From the human T2T-CHM13v2.0 reference genome, Homo sapiens, in assembly GCF_009914755.1 (NCBI RefSeq), contig NC_060928.1: DNA of 64,000 nt; one strand, given 5' to 3'. Position 1 is the stretch's first letter; each line of letters begins with the position of its first letter. The translations under genes and the position numbers were made by a program. Shown here piece after piece: positions 24,881 to 37,914 of this stretch. The notes under the pieces were generated by a model. The model was not told the origin of the DNA and did no database searches. It was given only the letters and a program-made list of their open reading frames with translations.

Positions 24881-27058
24881 CTAAACCCAATAAAAAGCCC
24901 TAGCCGACTCAATGATAGCAAAACTTTCATACTTCCTTTTTGTAACTATTATCCCTGCTATAAAGATAATAATTAAGCAAAATACGACAGCGATGGAAAC
25001 TGTTTGTTTAATATTTCAGTTAGAAGGTGCTAACATGTATAACCCTATTGCAAATAATCGAGTGAGTATAGCTATTTCCATAAGTGTGGTGTGGTAGATA
25101 ATTTCTATCTAAAATTTTACTTGTCAAGATATAGAATTCCCCTTTGGGGGGGTCTATGAAATTCCTTGATTTTATTTTCCTAAATAAAGAAACCTCCAGG
25201 TTATGGGCACCCTACTCAGTTTTATTACCTGGCAAAATTTGCAGGATAATTGTCCAGAACAAGTATATTGATCCAAACTTTTACATCACCCATCCCTTAT
25301 TTTTTCTTCTAAGCTGCAGGAGATCACTTCTTGATTGACAGGAATAATCAGGGTTAGTCTAAAATGTAGATGAAAAGCCTGAAAATAATTAGTGAGACTA
25401 AGGCTTAATAACAAATGTATGATAAGCTTTGGAGCACAATTTTTCTCTCTAGTCGTCATTTTTGGTAAAAACAAATTATGAATAAACTGTAGTCTTATAC
25501 TTGGCCTGATTATTTGCATAAAGTGCAGCAAGAATGGTTATTTCTGCATAGGCCTTTTGGATTGGTTTTGATGAAACTCTATTTCATAAGGAATTTCAGG
25601 TAAGACTATTAAAGCCGAGCCCAGCCATGGGTTTACATCCTCAAATACCTATGAATTGGGTGATCCTCTCCTCTTGAGGTCCCAAGATAAACTCAGAGCT
25701 CCTAGACCTGTTAGAAAGTGAAATTCTTTACTGATCACAGGTGAAGAACCCTGTGCAGAGACTGTGTAGACAAGGTATGAGGCCAGTTCTCCCCAAGGGG
25801 CTTTTATTGGCTCTGCATGTCCAACTTGATTCCTTAAAGGGAAACACACCTCAGTTAAAGCCTTGGCAAAATAACCAGTTTTTCCAATTGTGTCCCATTG
25901 ACAAAGAAAAATGGATTCTTATTGCACTGATGCAAACAACTATATTGCCATAAGTTAAGAGTACTCACAGATAGTTTCCAAATTCTAGAGGAACCAGGCA
26001 GAGAAATAAACATGCTCCAAATTTTGTTCATAGGAGTACACCTTATTAAAGGCCATAAATAGTTAAAAATAAGTTTCCTTGACTCAAAACAAAACCAGGA
26101 TCAGCAGTATTCTGAGCAAAAGTTAAAAGGCTTGCTTTTCTTTCTGAGTGCAGTCCATTTAGTTAACTCTTGTTTTGCTTGATATTTGTGAACATGTCAG
26201 TTCTTTAGAAGTTTCATACATTCTTTCTGTATTCCAATGTTACAATCTTCAAAGCTATTAAAAACGTGCATTTGAGAACACCTTATTAAAGGTGTTCTCA
26301 ATATAGAGAACACCTATATTAAAGTCCTTAATGTAGCTTGATTATAAACCATCTTTTGAGAAGGAACAAAGCAAGACAACAATTGTCTGTGAATTGCAAC
26401 ATTTCCAAGATATTTACAGTTAAAACATGACTGACCAAGAAGTTTGTTTATATCTGAGGTTTACAATAACTTTACCTTTAGTTATTATAATTGATAGCAT
26501 ATACTTAGAGATTAGAATTTTAGAAATCCCATACAATTTTTGAACATATATTAGTATTATTCACCAAAATATAACTTAAAGAGGATTGGACATCATTTTG
26601 GCAATCTCATATGACTAAACATGTCAAATAATCCTGTTTATCTCTTTTTTGAATGTTTCAGGGGCCCTCTGAACTATCCAAAAAGGCAGGCATTAGGAAG
26701 AACAATTCCCAGATTGCCATAAATTATTTAGCCAAAATGATGACTTAAAAGGCAAAAATCTTTTATTAGCCTTTACTATGACATGAAAATCCTGTTTAAA
26801 GCCAAATTTTGCCCTTGTATTAGTTTGTTAATATTAATCCTAATTTGTTTAAATGAAACCTTATAGATCATTCCATCTAATTCTAACCAAGTTGACCATG
26901 AGGTGAAATTTCTACAAACCTTTAATAACCCTTTTACTAAAAGATAGATTAGTGTTTTAAGACCTCCTTGCTATGCTTTTATTTCAAATGCTTAATTTAA
27001 GAAAAGACCATATAGATACTATGGGCATAGACAGTGTAGTGCTTCTACATGCATTTCA

Positions 27059-27916
27059 TTCTGGGGTACATGTGCAGAACGTGCAGGTTTGTTACATAGG
27101 TATACATGTGCTGTGGTGGTTTGCTGCACCCATCAACCTGTCATCTACATTAGGTATTTCTCCTAATGCTATTCCTCCCTTAGCCCCCCACCCCCCGACA
27201 AGCCCCGGTTTATGATGTTCTCTTCCCTGTGTCCTTGTGTTCTCATTGTTCAGCCCCCACTTATAAGTGAGAACATGCGGTGTTTGGTTTTCTGTTCTTG
27301 TGTTAGTTTGCTGAGAATGATGGTTTCCAGCTGCATCCTTGTCCCTGCAAAGGACGTGAACTCATTCTTTTTTTATTGCTGCATAGTATTCCATGGTGTA
27401 TATATGCCACATTTTCTTAATCCAGTCTATTATTGATGGACATGTGGGTTGGTTCCAAGTCTATGCTATTGTGAATAGTGCCACAATAAACATATGTGTG
27501 CATGTGTCTTTACAGTAAAACAATTTATAATCCTTTGGGCATATACCCAGTAATGAGATTGCTGGGTCAAACGGTATTTCTGGTTCTCGATCCTTGAGGA
27601 ATCACCACACTGTCTTCCACAATGGTTGAACTAATTTACACTCCCACCAACAGTGCAAAAGCATTCCTATTTCTCCATATCCTCTCCAGCATCTGTTGTT
27701 TCCTGACTTTTTAGTGACTGCCATTCTAACTGGTGTGAGGTGGTATCTCATTGTGGGTTGGATTTGCATTTCTCTAATGACCAGTGGTAATAAGCTTTTT
27801 TTCATATGTTTGTTGGCTGCATAAATATCTTCTTTTGAGAGGTGTCTGTTCATATCCTTCACCCACTTTTTGATGGAGTTCTTTGTTTTTTCTTGTGAAT
27901 TTGTTTAAGTTCATCA
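27059..27916 (-). mobile_element. L1PA7/8-like 3' end, no poly(A) tail visible
   Basis: ggggtacatgtgcagaacgtgcaggtttgttacatagg...; ORF 27602..27862 is the L1 ORF2 C-terminus ([16 protein letters not shown]). Confidence 0.9.
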
Positions 27917-28443
27917 CATCAGCAGCACATCAAAAAGCTTATCCACCACAATCAAGTAGGCCTATCCCTGGGATGCAAGGTTGGTTCAACATAAGCAAAT
28001 CAATAAATGTGGTTCACAAAAGCAAATCCATAAATGTGATTTACATAAGCCATATGTATAATGATAGGAGACTTTAGTGAAACTGCAGATGATCAGATGC
28101 AGGAGGGTAACATTGAGGTGACACATCAGGAAGACAGTGAAGTCATGCAGAAACGCAATTGTGTTGTAGATTTCTTTTTGAAGTGTTGTGAAATGTTATG
28201 GAGTAGGTAAATCCCTAGCGATTACCCATAATTACATAAACAAAACTAAAGACAAAAATCACAAGCATGATTATCTCAATAGATGCAGAAAAGGCTTTTG
28301 TTAAAATTCAACACCCTTGCCTGTTAAAAACTCTCAATAAACTAGGCATTGAAGGAACATACCTCAAAATAATAACAGCCATCTATGACAAACCAATAAC
28401 TGACATCATACTGAATGGGCAAAAGTTGGAAGCATTTCCCTAG

Positions 28444-28551
<108 letters not shown>

Positions 28552-29751
28552 TAGGAAGAGGGGAAGTCAAACTATCTGTGTGTGTAGACGACATGATTCA
28601 ATATCAAGAAAACCGCATAGTCTCCACCCAAAAGCTTCTTAAGCTGATAAACAACTTCAGCAAAATCTCAAGATACAAAATCAATGCGCAAAAATCACCA
28701 AGATTCCTATACACTAATAACAATCAAGCCAAAAGTCAAATCAGGAACACAATCCCATTCACAATTACCACAAAAGAATAAAATACCTTGGAATACAGCT
28801 AATCAGGTAGGTGAAAGATCTCTACAATGAGAATTACAAAACACTGACACAAACAAATGAAAAAACATTCCATGTACATGGATAGGAAGAATCAATATTG
28901 TTAAAATGGCCATACTGCCCAAGACAGTTTATAAATTCAATGCTATTCCTATGAAACTACCATTGAGATTCTTCACAGAACTAGCAAAAAACTATTTTAA
29001 AATTCGTATGGAACTAAAAAAGTGTTTGAATTGCCAAGGTAATCCTAAGCAAAAGAACAAAGCTGAAGTCATCCCACTACCAGACTTTGAACTATCCTAC
29101 AGAGCTATAGTAATGAAAATGGTATGGTACTGGTACAAAAACAGGCACATAGGCCAGTGGAACAGAATAGAGAACCCAGAAACAAGGCCACACACCTACA
29201 AATATCTGATCTTTGACAAACCTAATAAAAACAGCCAATGGGGAAAGGATTCCCTATTCAATAAATGGTGCTAGGATAACTGGCTAGCCATATGCAGAAG
29301 ATTGAAACTGGATCCCTTCCTTACACCATATTTAAAAATTAACTCAAGATGCATTAAAGACTTAAATGTAAAACTCAAAACCATTAAAACCCTGGAAGAC
29401 GGCCTAGACAATATCATTTCAGACACAGGAATGGGCAAAGAGTTTGTGATGAAGATGCCAAAAGCAATTGCAGCAAAAGCAAAAAGTGACAAATGAGATC
29501 TCATTAAACTAAGAAGCCTCTGCACAACAAAGAAAACTATCAACAGAGTGAACAGAAAACCTCCAGAACGGGAGAAAATTTTTGCAAACTATCTGACAAA
29601 GATCTAATTTCCAGCATCTATAAGAAGTAAATTTACAAGAAAAAAAATAAACAATCTCATTAAAAAGTGGTCAAAAGACATGAACAGACACTTTTCAAAA
29701 GAAGACATACATGCAACCAACAATCATTTAAAAAAAAGCAACTCAGCATCA

Positions 29752-30100
<349 letters not shown>

Positions 30101-30165
30101 TGAAAAACACAATGAGATATCATCTCACAGCAGTCAGAATGGCTATTATTAAAAAGTCAAAAATT

Positions 30166-30472
30166 GGCTGGGTACAGTGGTTCACGTCTGTAATCCCAGC
30201 ACTTTAGGAGGCCAAGGTGGGCCCATCACTTGAGGTCAGGAGTTTGAGAACAGCCTTGCCAACATGGTGAAACCCCATCTCTACTAAAAATCCAAAAATA
30301 GCCAGGTGTGGTGGTGCATGCCTGTAATCCCAGCTACTCAGGAGGCTGAGGCAGGGGAATCACTTGAACCCGGGAGGCAGAGATTGCACTGTGCCGAGAT
30401 TGCGCGCCACTGCACTCCAGCCTGGAGACAGAGCAAGACTCCGTCTCAAAAAATATAAATGAATAAATAAAT
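30166..30472 (+). mobile_element. AluS in L1
   Basis: Alu dimer with (AAAT)n tail; TSD aaagtcaaaaa. Confidence 0.92.
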
Positions 30473-31399
30473 AAAGTCAAAAAGTAACAGATGCTGGTGA
30501 GATTGTGGAGAAAAAGAAATGCTTATACACTGTTGGTTAGGGTGTAAATTAGTTCAACCATTGTGGAAAACAGTGTGGCGATTCTTCAAAGACCTAAAAA
30601 CAGAACTGCCGTTCAACCCAGCAATCCCATTACTGGGTATATACCCAAAGGAATATAAATCATTCTATTATAAAGACACATGCACATGTATGTTCATTGC
30701 AGACCTATTCACAATAGCGAAGACATGGAATCAACCTAAATACTCATTAATAATAGACTCAGTAAAGAAAATGTGATACATATATACCATGGAACTCTAT
30801 GCAGCCATAAAAAAGAATGAGATCATGTCCTTTGCAGGGACATGGATGGAACTGGAGGCCATTATCCTTTACACACTAACACAGGAACAGAAAACCGAAT
30901 GCCTCCTATTCTCACTTATAAGTAGGAGCTAAATGATGAGAATACATGGACACATAGAGGGGAACAACAGACACTGGGACCTATCAGAGTGTGGAGGGTG
31001 GGAGGAAGAAGAGGATCAGGAAAAATAATTAATGGGTACTAGGCTTAATATCTGGGTGATGAAATAATCTGTACAACAAACCCCCATCACATGAGTTTAC
31101 CTTTATAACAAACCTGCACATGCACCCCAGAAATTAGAATGAAAGTAAAAAACAAAAGCCGAAGGTGAAACAACTCCCCTGACCTGCCCCGCCTCCCCAT
31201 AAAAGGCCAAACACTTGTGAAATATCTGGGAAAAAAATCACTGTCAAATTCCCATGTCAATAGGTCAGGAATTTCACATTTTAAATAAAAACTTTTTTAT
31301 CGATGCACATAAAAATCTATAAATTCTCAAGGAAAGTCTTTCCACGGGGATTACTTCTGTGACTGTCTAGGAGGAGTAAAGATAAAATACTCTACATGA

Positions 31400-32500
31400 A
31401 CTTATGAGCTCCCACAGCTTCAATTATCACCTCTGCGAGGGTGATTTTCAGATCTGTGCCTCCAAATCTATGTCCCCAACCATCAAGCCCATATTTTCAG
31501 CTGCACATGAGGCATCTTCACCTGAGTATCCCACTGAGCCATCACACTCAATATGTTCGATACTGTCTGCATTTTCTCATCCAAACATGCACCCTCTTGA
31601 TTTTCCCACTCTCTTTTAATGACATAATTATCTCCCCTGTTATCCAGAATTGAGGACTCAAAGACTATTTTTAAATTTACTCTGTTTATGATTCTTCCCC
31701 TGCATTATCTATTATGTATTAATTACTTTTTAAAAATTATTTTTGCTTCTAAATTCTATTTTCCTGACAACATCTTAGTTTATCCCAAATAATTTTGAGT
31801 TGTTTAAATGTTAAATAAATTATGTAGCATTTCTTTAATTTTAATTGAATCCTATTCATTTACCTGCATTAAATAATTAATACAGACTTTAATTTAGAAA
31901 CTACTGCACTCACATACTGGAATTTTTACTTTCTAAACCTTTATTTAATTCCTTCCCAATCAGTCATTCACTAGCTCATTTATTCAAAATTATGCTTCAA
32001 TGGTCTAGTCAATTTACATAAAGTATATGGTTCCTGTTTTCATAGAGCTAAAAATAAAGGAATAAATGATTTCATAAATTATAAGTACTGTGGAAAATCT
32101 CATAATGTGATTTGATGGAGAATGACAAAGTTGTGCTACATTTGATGGAGTGATTAAGGAAAGCCTCTCTGAATGTCTAGAAGTAGCCAGTCATGTGAAA
32201 ATCTAAGGGAGAACTATTTTCAGAAGAGTAAAGCAAAATGTCTGAATGGAAAAAGTTTGGCATGTTTAATAAATAGAAGGAAGTGGTTTTCCACTTCTTT
32301 CCACAAATGTGGTGGAAAATAAATTGAGCCCATAACGTGTAGGTATGTGAAACCCTTAGAAAGAAAGGTACGAGGACAACTTTTGCAGGGTATTATGCAT
32401 CATGAAAATTGTTAGAATCTGGGCATCCGTCAGACAGTTTTTGACATAAAAGTGACATTATATAAAAAGATAAAACTAATTCCTGAGTGAAGAATGATTT
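31400..32500. mobile_element. L2 fragments in both orientations
   Basis: cccacagcttcaattatcacctctgcgagggtgattttcagatc (+, ~31405-31680) and gattaaggaaagcctctctga...gtagccagtcatgtgaaaatctaaggg (-, ~31960-32500). Confidence 0.6.
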
Positions 32501-33589
32501 CAAGGACTTCTGAGTCACAAAAGCAGATTAAATGTATAGCAAAACTCCCCCATCTACTTCAATTGTGTGAAACCAATCTTACATATTTTAATTTTAACAG
32601 TCACACTCAAAACAAAAAAATATAATTTTTTTCTGAATTTTATTTCTGAACCATAAATTAAACACTTAACGGTAATTGAAGATATGTGGGCATGAGCACA
32701 TGGGACCAGATAAGGCTTGTTTGCCATCAGTTCATCAATACCTGTACTGGATAGATCCCTCAGCATAAAAAAATACCATCACAATTCCTTGACAGAATTA
32801 GTAAGAATCTCTTCAATGTATTCTCTACATATGATCAGCCTTCTTTCCCACTATTCCATCTGATTATCACATGTTACAGAAAGATCCAAGTACTCAGGTT
32901 TCCAAACATATCCTTTCCTTTTGCTTTTTGCTTCATGATTGCTTTTTTTTGTTTTACCTGGAATACGTTATCACATCTCTTATCTCAACAACATAAATAC
33001 ATCTTCTCTTACTTCTACATATAAATCTTTTATGACTGTTATGCTTATTGTTAAAGCATTACTATAAGGTGGCTCAATAATGGAGACAATGTCATTTGTT
33101 GCCCTATACACAGTGAAATCTCAACCACTGTCACCCACCGTGATTGTGTGTCAACAGCAAAATCTTTCTAATTACGTTTGTTCAGACAAGGAACCGGAAC
33201 CCATCTGCAGGTAGTTAGCAAGTAAAAAAGACAAGAATTTCTTTTAGCATTAACTGTAGAAACGACAACTTGGGTATCACTAGCCCCTGTACACCAGGAT
33301 TTAAGATAAGCGTACAATGTGGATATATCAAAGAAACTTGAAGTAGACTACTTGGCAATTTTATAAGTGTTTTGTAGTGGATTGTAATTATTTCATAAGG
33401 TGAAGTGTAGACAGCACAATGTCTAGATTTTTACAGGCACATCATCTATGATCATACCAGAAATCTGGCATTTAAATCCTTGCTTTGTTTTTATGTTTGT
33501 TGTTGTGGTGGTGGTATGTATAAGGGATTGCATGTGTTCAATTAGTTCTTTTTAATTTTTCATTTGTACTTACAAAGTACAATGTGTCC

Positions 33590-33705
33590 TCAGGTATTTA
33601 CCCAAGAGAAAAAAAAAAGCATGAGTTTCATTCAAAGACTTACACATGAATGTTCATAGCAGCATTATTTGTAATAGCCAAATTGTAAACAACTTAAATG
33701 TTCAT
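33590..33705 (+). mobile_element. Short L1M ORF2 3' fragment
   Basis: ggtatttacccaagagaa...gaatgttcatagcagcattatttgtaatagcc. Confidence 0.7.
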
Positions 33706-33953
33706 TTTCATGTTAATGAAAAATGTTCTTCCAAATATTTGGGGATTTCATGGCCTAGTCAAGTTGACACATAAAATTAACCATAAAAAGTTTGCCCTTT
33801 TGTCAACCTGATACTCATACTCATCTTCTTAAATCATATTTACTCCCCAAATATAGATTAAAAACTTATTTCTACCTAACATGATACAATCATTATGTAT
33901 ACAACAGAAAATGCAAACATGCCCCAGAAAAAGGAATAAATTTCTTGAGTAAT

Positions 33954-34325
33954 TGATATAGTTTGGCTGTGTCCCCATCCAAATCTCATCTTGAATTGTA
34001 GTTCCCATAATCTCCATGTGTCATGGGAAGGACCCGGTGGGAGGTAATTGAATCATGGGAGTGGTAACCTCCATGCTCTTCTCGTGATAGTGAGTGCGTT
34101 CTCACAAGACCTGATGGTTTTATAAAGGGCTTTTCTCCCACTTCACCTGCACTTCTCCTTGCTGCCACCAGTGAAAAGGACGAGTTTGCTTCCCCTTCTG
34201 CCATGATTGTAAGTTTCCTGAGGCTTTTCTGCCCTGTGGAACTGTGAGTCAATTAAGCCTCTTTCCTTTATAAATTACTCAGTCTTGGGTATTTCTTCAT
34301 AGCAGTGTGAGAACAGACTAATACA
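33954..34325 (+). mobile_element. THE1 (C/D-like) solo LTR nested in ERVL
   Basis: tgatatagtttggctgtgtccccatccaaatctcatcttgaattgtag...gagaacagactaataca; 5-bp TSD gtaat/ataat. Confidence 0.92.
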
Positions 34326-36833
34326 ATAATATTTACTCTTTTTGATATTCTGCAATGTAAATACTATAATATAAATTAACAATGATTTAAAAATACTATG
34401 ACATAAAATGAACACATCTTATTGTATTATATGTATCTTATTCCTTATGATAAAGGAATAAGAGAGGAAAGAAAACAGAGATTCACTACACACATACACA
34501 CACACAACATTTTTAACGCAGTAAGAAGGAGATACTCGTGGAAATTTTAGTCCTCATTTCTCTTACTGGTTATGTGGCTGTAGATGGTATTTATAACTAC
34601 TTTCTTCTACCACCCATTCTGTATTCCCTCTGCCTCTGCAAGCACTTGAGCTGGCCATGGTTCTTTACCTGGTAGGGTTACACAATCCTTCATTCTTGAA
34701 AGGTCTGTGTTATTACTAGTCTTTCCCAGATTGGGTTGTCATAGTTTTTCATTGACCTTAATTAAACGCATGGTAACACTAGAGACACCCTGAGGGGTTT
34801 TATATATACTCTTCCTTACTTAAATTGTGGAATAGTTGTCTAATTTCCCCTTGCTAGTCAGGATCAATAACCCCAGCCAGCACACTAACTCCCTTCTTTG
34901 CCTGTTGATTTAGAGGCATTAAAAGCCCAGAGTGGCAGGGTGGCAGACTTATCTTTCAATTCCATTGAATCATTTTTGTGTGCTTTGGCAAATGTATTTC
35001 TCCCTTTGGAGCTAGGATTTTAGGCAAGTGTAGTTTAAGGTTGCAGGAACAGGAAGCAAAAAAATTGCAAGTGGGCCATTAGAGTAATAGTGAGTGATGC
35101 TTCTCCCATTTCCACTCCTTGATTCCAGGACCCATAAATTTTGACTGTGGTAGAAAGAGTACCTTATATTAGATGCTGATGCAGAGCATACACAGATTTC
35201 TGGAGAACTTTGTCCCATTTTTGTAAGATATTGCCACCTAGATGAAGCTATAACTGAGTGTTTAAAAGGCCATTTTATGTTTCTATCAAGCCAGCTGCTT
35301 CAGGATGGTGGGGGATATGGTAAGACCGGTGAATTCCATAAGTATGGGTCCATCACCACACTTCTTTTACTTTGAAGTGAGTTCCTTGACCACAATCAAT
35401 ACTCTGTGCAATATCATGATGGTGGATAAAGCATTCTGTAAATCCATGAATGGTAGTTTTGGCAGAAGCAGGGAAGGCAAATCTGTATCCGAAGTGTCTA
35501 TTCCCATAAGAACAAAACACTGTGCTTGCATGATGGAAGTGTTCCAATGTAATCAACCTGCCACTGGGTAGCTGGCTGGTAACCTTGGGGAATGGTGCCA
35601 TATCAGAGACTTGGCATTGGTCTCTGCTGCCGCAGATTGGGCACTCAGTGGTGGCCATATCCAGCTTGGATTTGGTGAATAGAAGTCTGCATTGCTAATC
35701 CTATGCACAACCTCCACCTCTGACAGCATAGCTACTTTATTCATCAGACCACTGGGTGATGTCAGCAGTGGCTATGAAAAGAGGCTGAATGACATCCACA
35801 GAACAGCAGAACAGTTCATCTTATTTATTTGAGTATTAAAATCCTCCTTTGCTGAAGTCCCCCTTTGGTAAGCATTGATATGGGATACAAGGTTTTTGCC
35901 CATTCGGAGAGGTCTGGCCACATATCTCTTTCTTAAAATTATTTGTCATCAATTTTCCAATCGTGTTCCTTTAAATTTCCTAACTCTACAGACAAATCAT
36001 TGCCGCAGCCACAAATAAGTATATAATTACATATCTGACCATTTCTTCTTCCAAGCAAAGTGAAGAACTGGGTGCACTGCTTGAAGTTCTGAACTCTGGG
36101 GAAATTTTCCTTCATTGCTGTCCTTCGGTTCGGCAGCTATCTACTTTTGGGTGGTACTGCATATTGTACAGAACCATTTGTAAACTCAGCTCAAGTCTTT
36201 TCTTTCTCTGTCAACTGGTCATGGGGAACTTTCCATGAGGCCATAGGTGCAGGCCAGGAGAGAGGATATAGTGCAGCAGGAGTGAGAAACATGGGTATTT
36301 GTGCCACTTCTTCATGTAATTTACTTGTACTTTTAGGGCGTGCTCAAACGCAGTCATGTACATACCACTACCATTTGATGATGGAGTGCTTCCATGCAAG
36401 TCCAATATTGTGGTTCAGTAAGTGAGATAATATCCATTCCATGATGTACAGCTCAGGTCACATGGAAACTTGCTGGCCCATAGTTGAGTGTTCAGTCTCT
36501 ACTAAGGCCCACTAGTAGGATAAGAGCTGTTACTCAAAATGGGAGTAGTTATCTGCAAAGAATGTCAGTACTTTCCTTCAAAATCCTAAGATTCTGCACT
36601 GCGATTGACCTATAGGGGTCTGCCAAAGCTTCAAAGTGCATCTGCCACCGACACTTCAAGCACTATTGGATCTATTGCATCATATGGCTCAAGTGACAAA
36701 GCAGCTTGCATAGAAGGCTGGATATGTTGCAAAGCCTTCTCTTATTCTGGGTCCCACTCAAAACTAGCAGCTTTTTACATCATTAAGCAAGTGGGCTGGA
36801 GTAACACACCCAAATGAGGAATATGCTGTCTCC

Positions 36834-37340
36834 TATATTATTCAGGGTTCTCCAGAGAAACAGAATCAATAAAATACAGAGAGATATGAAGAAAGATTTA
36901 TAATGAATTGGGTTCTTGGAGGCTGAGAAGTCCCATGATCTTCCATCTGTGAGCTGGAGGACCTGGAAACCTGATGGTGCAGTTCCAGTCCTAACCAGAC
37001 AGCCTGAGAACCAAGGGAGCCAATGAGGTACATCTCAGGCTGAGTCCGAAGGACTGAGAACAAGGAGTGCTGACATACAAGGGCCAGAGAAGATGAATGT
37101 CACAGCTCAAGCAGAGAGGGCAAATTTATCCTTTGTCTGCCTTACTTTTCTATGCTGTTTATTGATATATTAGATGATACCTTCTCACATTGGTGAGGGC
37201 AATATTTTTTATTCAGTCTACCAATTTAAATGCTAATCTCTTCTGTAAACACCCTCATAGTTACACTCAGAAATAATACCTTAGCAGCTATTTAGTATTC
37301 CTTATGCTGGTCAAGTTGACATATAAAATTGACTATCACA
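36834..37340 (-). mobile_element. MLT2 (C/D-like) solo LTR nested within ERVL pol
   Basis: tatattattcagggttctccagagaaacagaa...caagttgacatataaaattgactatcaca; flanks tctcc/cttcc; RT sequence resumes on both sides. Confidence 0.85.
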
Positions 37341-37873
37341 CTTCCAAAATCCAAAGAGGCTCACTGGGCATTGTGCCTCACTTTTGGTTGTGGGAGGAGC
37401 CAAATGCAACAACTTATCTTTCACTTTAGATGGGATATCTCTAAATTCCCCACACCAATGGGCCCCTAGAAATTTCACTGAGGTAGGAGGCCCCTGAAGC
37501 TTGGTTGAATTTATTTCCCACATTTTCACAAACAAATTTCTCACTAATAAGTCTAGAGTAGTCACCACTTCTTGCTCATTAGGTCCAGTCAGCATAATGT
37601 AACCAATGTAATGGGCCAGTGTGATACCTTGTGAAATGAAAAGGTGTTCAGGATTCTTGTAAACTTTAATTATGCCCCAATAAAGCTGAGGAAAAAAATC
37701 TCTGCAACTAAATTATGACATAAGGCTGGAGAGCTTATATACACCTGAAGCAGGATCGTGAAAATGTATAGCTGGCCTTACTAGCTAAAAGCAAACTGGA
37801 AGGAGGCAGAGCAAGATGGTGGAATAGAAGGCTCCACCAATAGTCCTGCCTGCAAGGACACCAAATTAACAAC

Positions 37874-37878
<5 letters not shown>

Positions 37879-37912
<34 letters not shown>
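37879..37912. repeat. (CA)n microsatellite
   Basis: ~16-17 uninterrupted AC units. Confidence 0.95.

Positions 37913-37914
<2 letters not shown>

Noticed and set aside
24531-24930. Possible syncytin-like domesticated env
   Set aside because: Only a short frameshifted TM/tail remnant; SU, fusion peptide and an intact CX6CC are missing.
32277-32300. gaagtgg-tttt-ccacttc hairpin followed by T's (terminator-like)
   Set aside because: A 7-bp stem in an L2-derived region of eukaryotic DNA; expected by chance.
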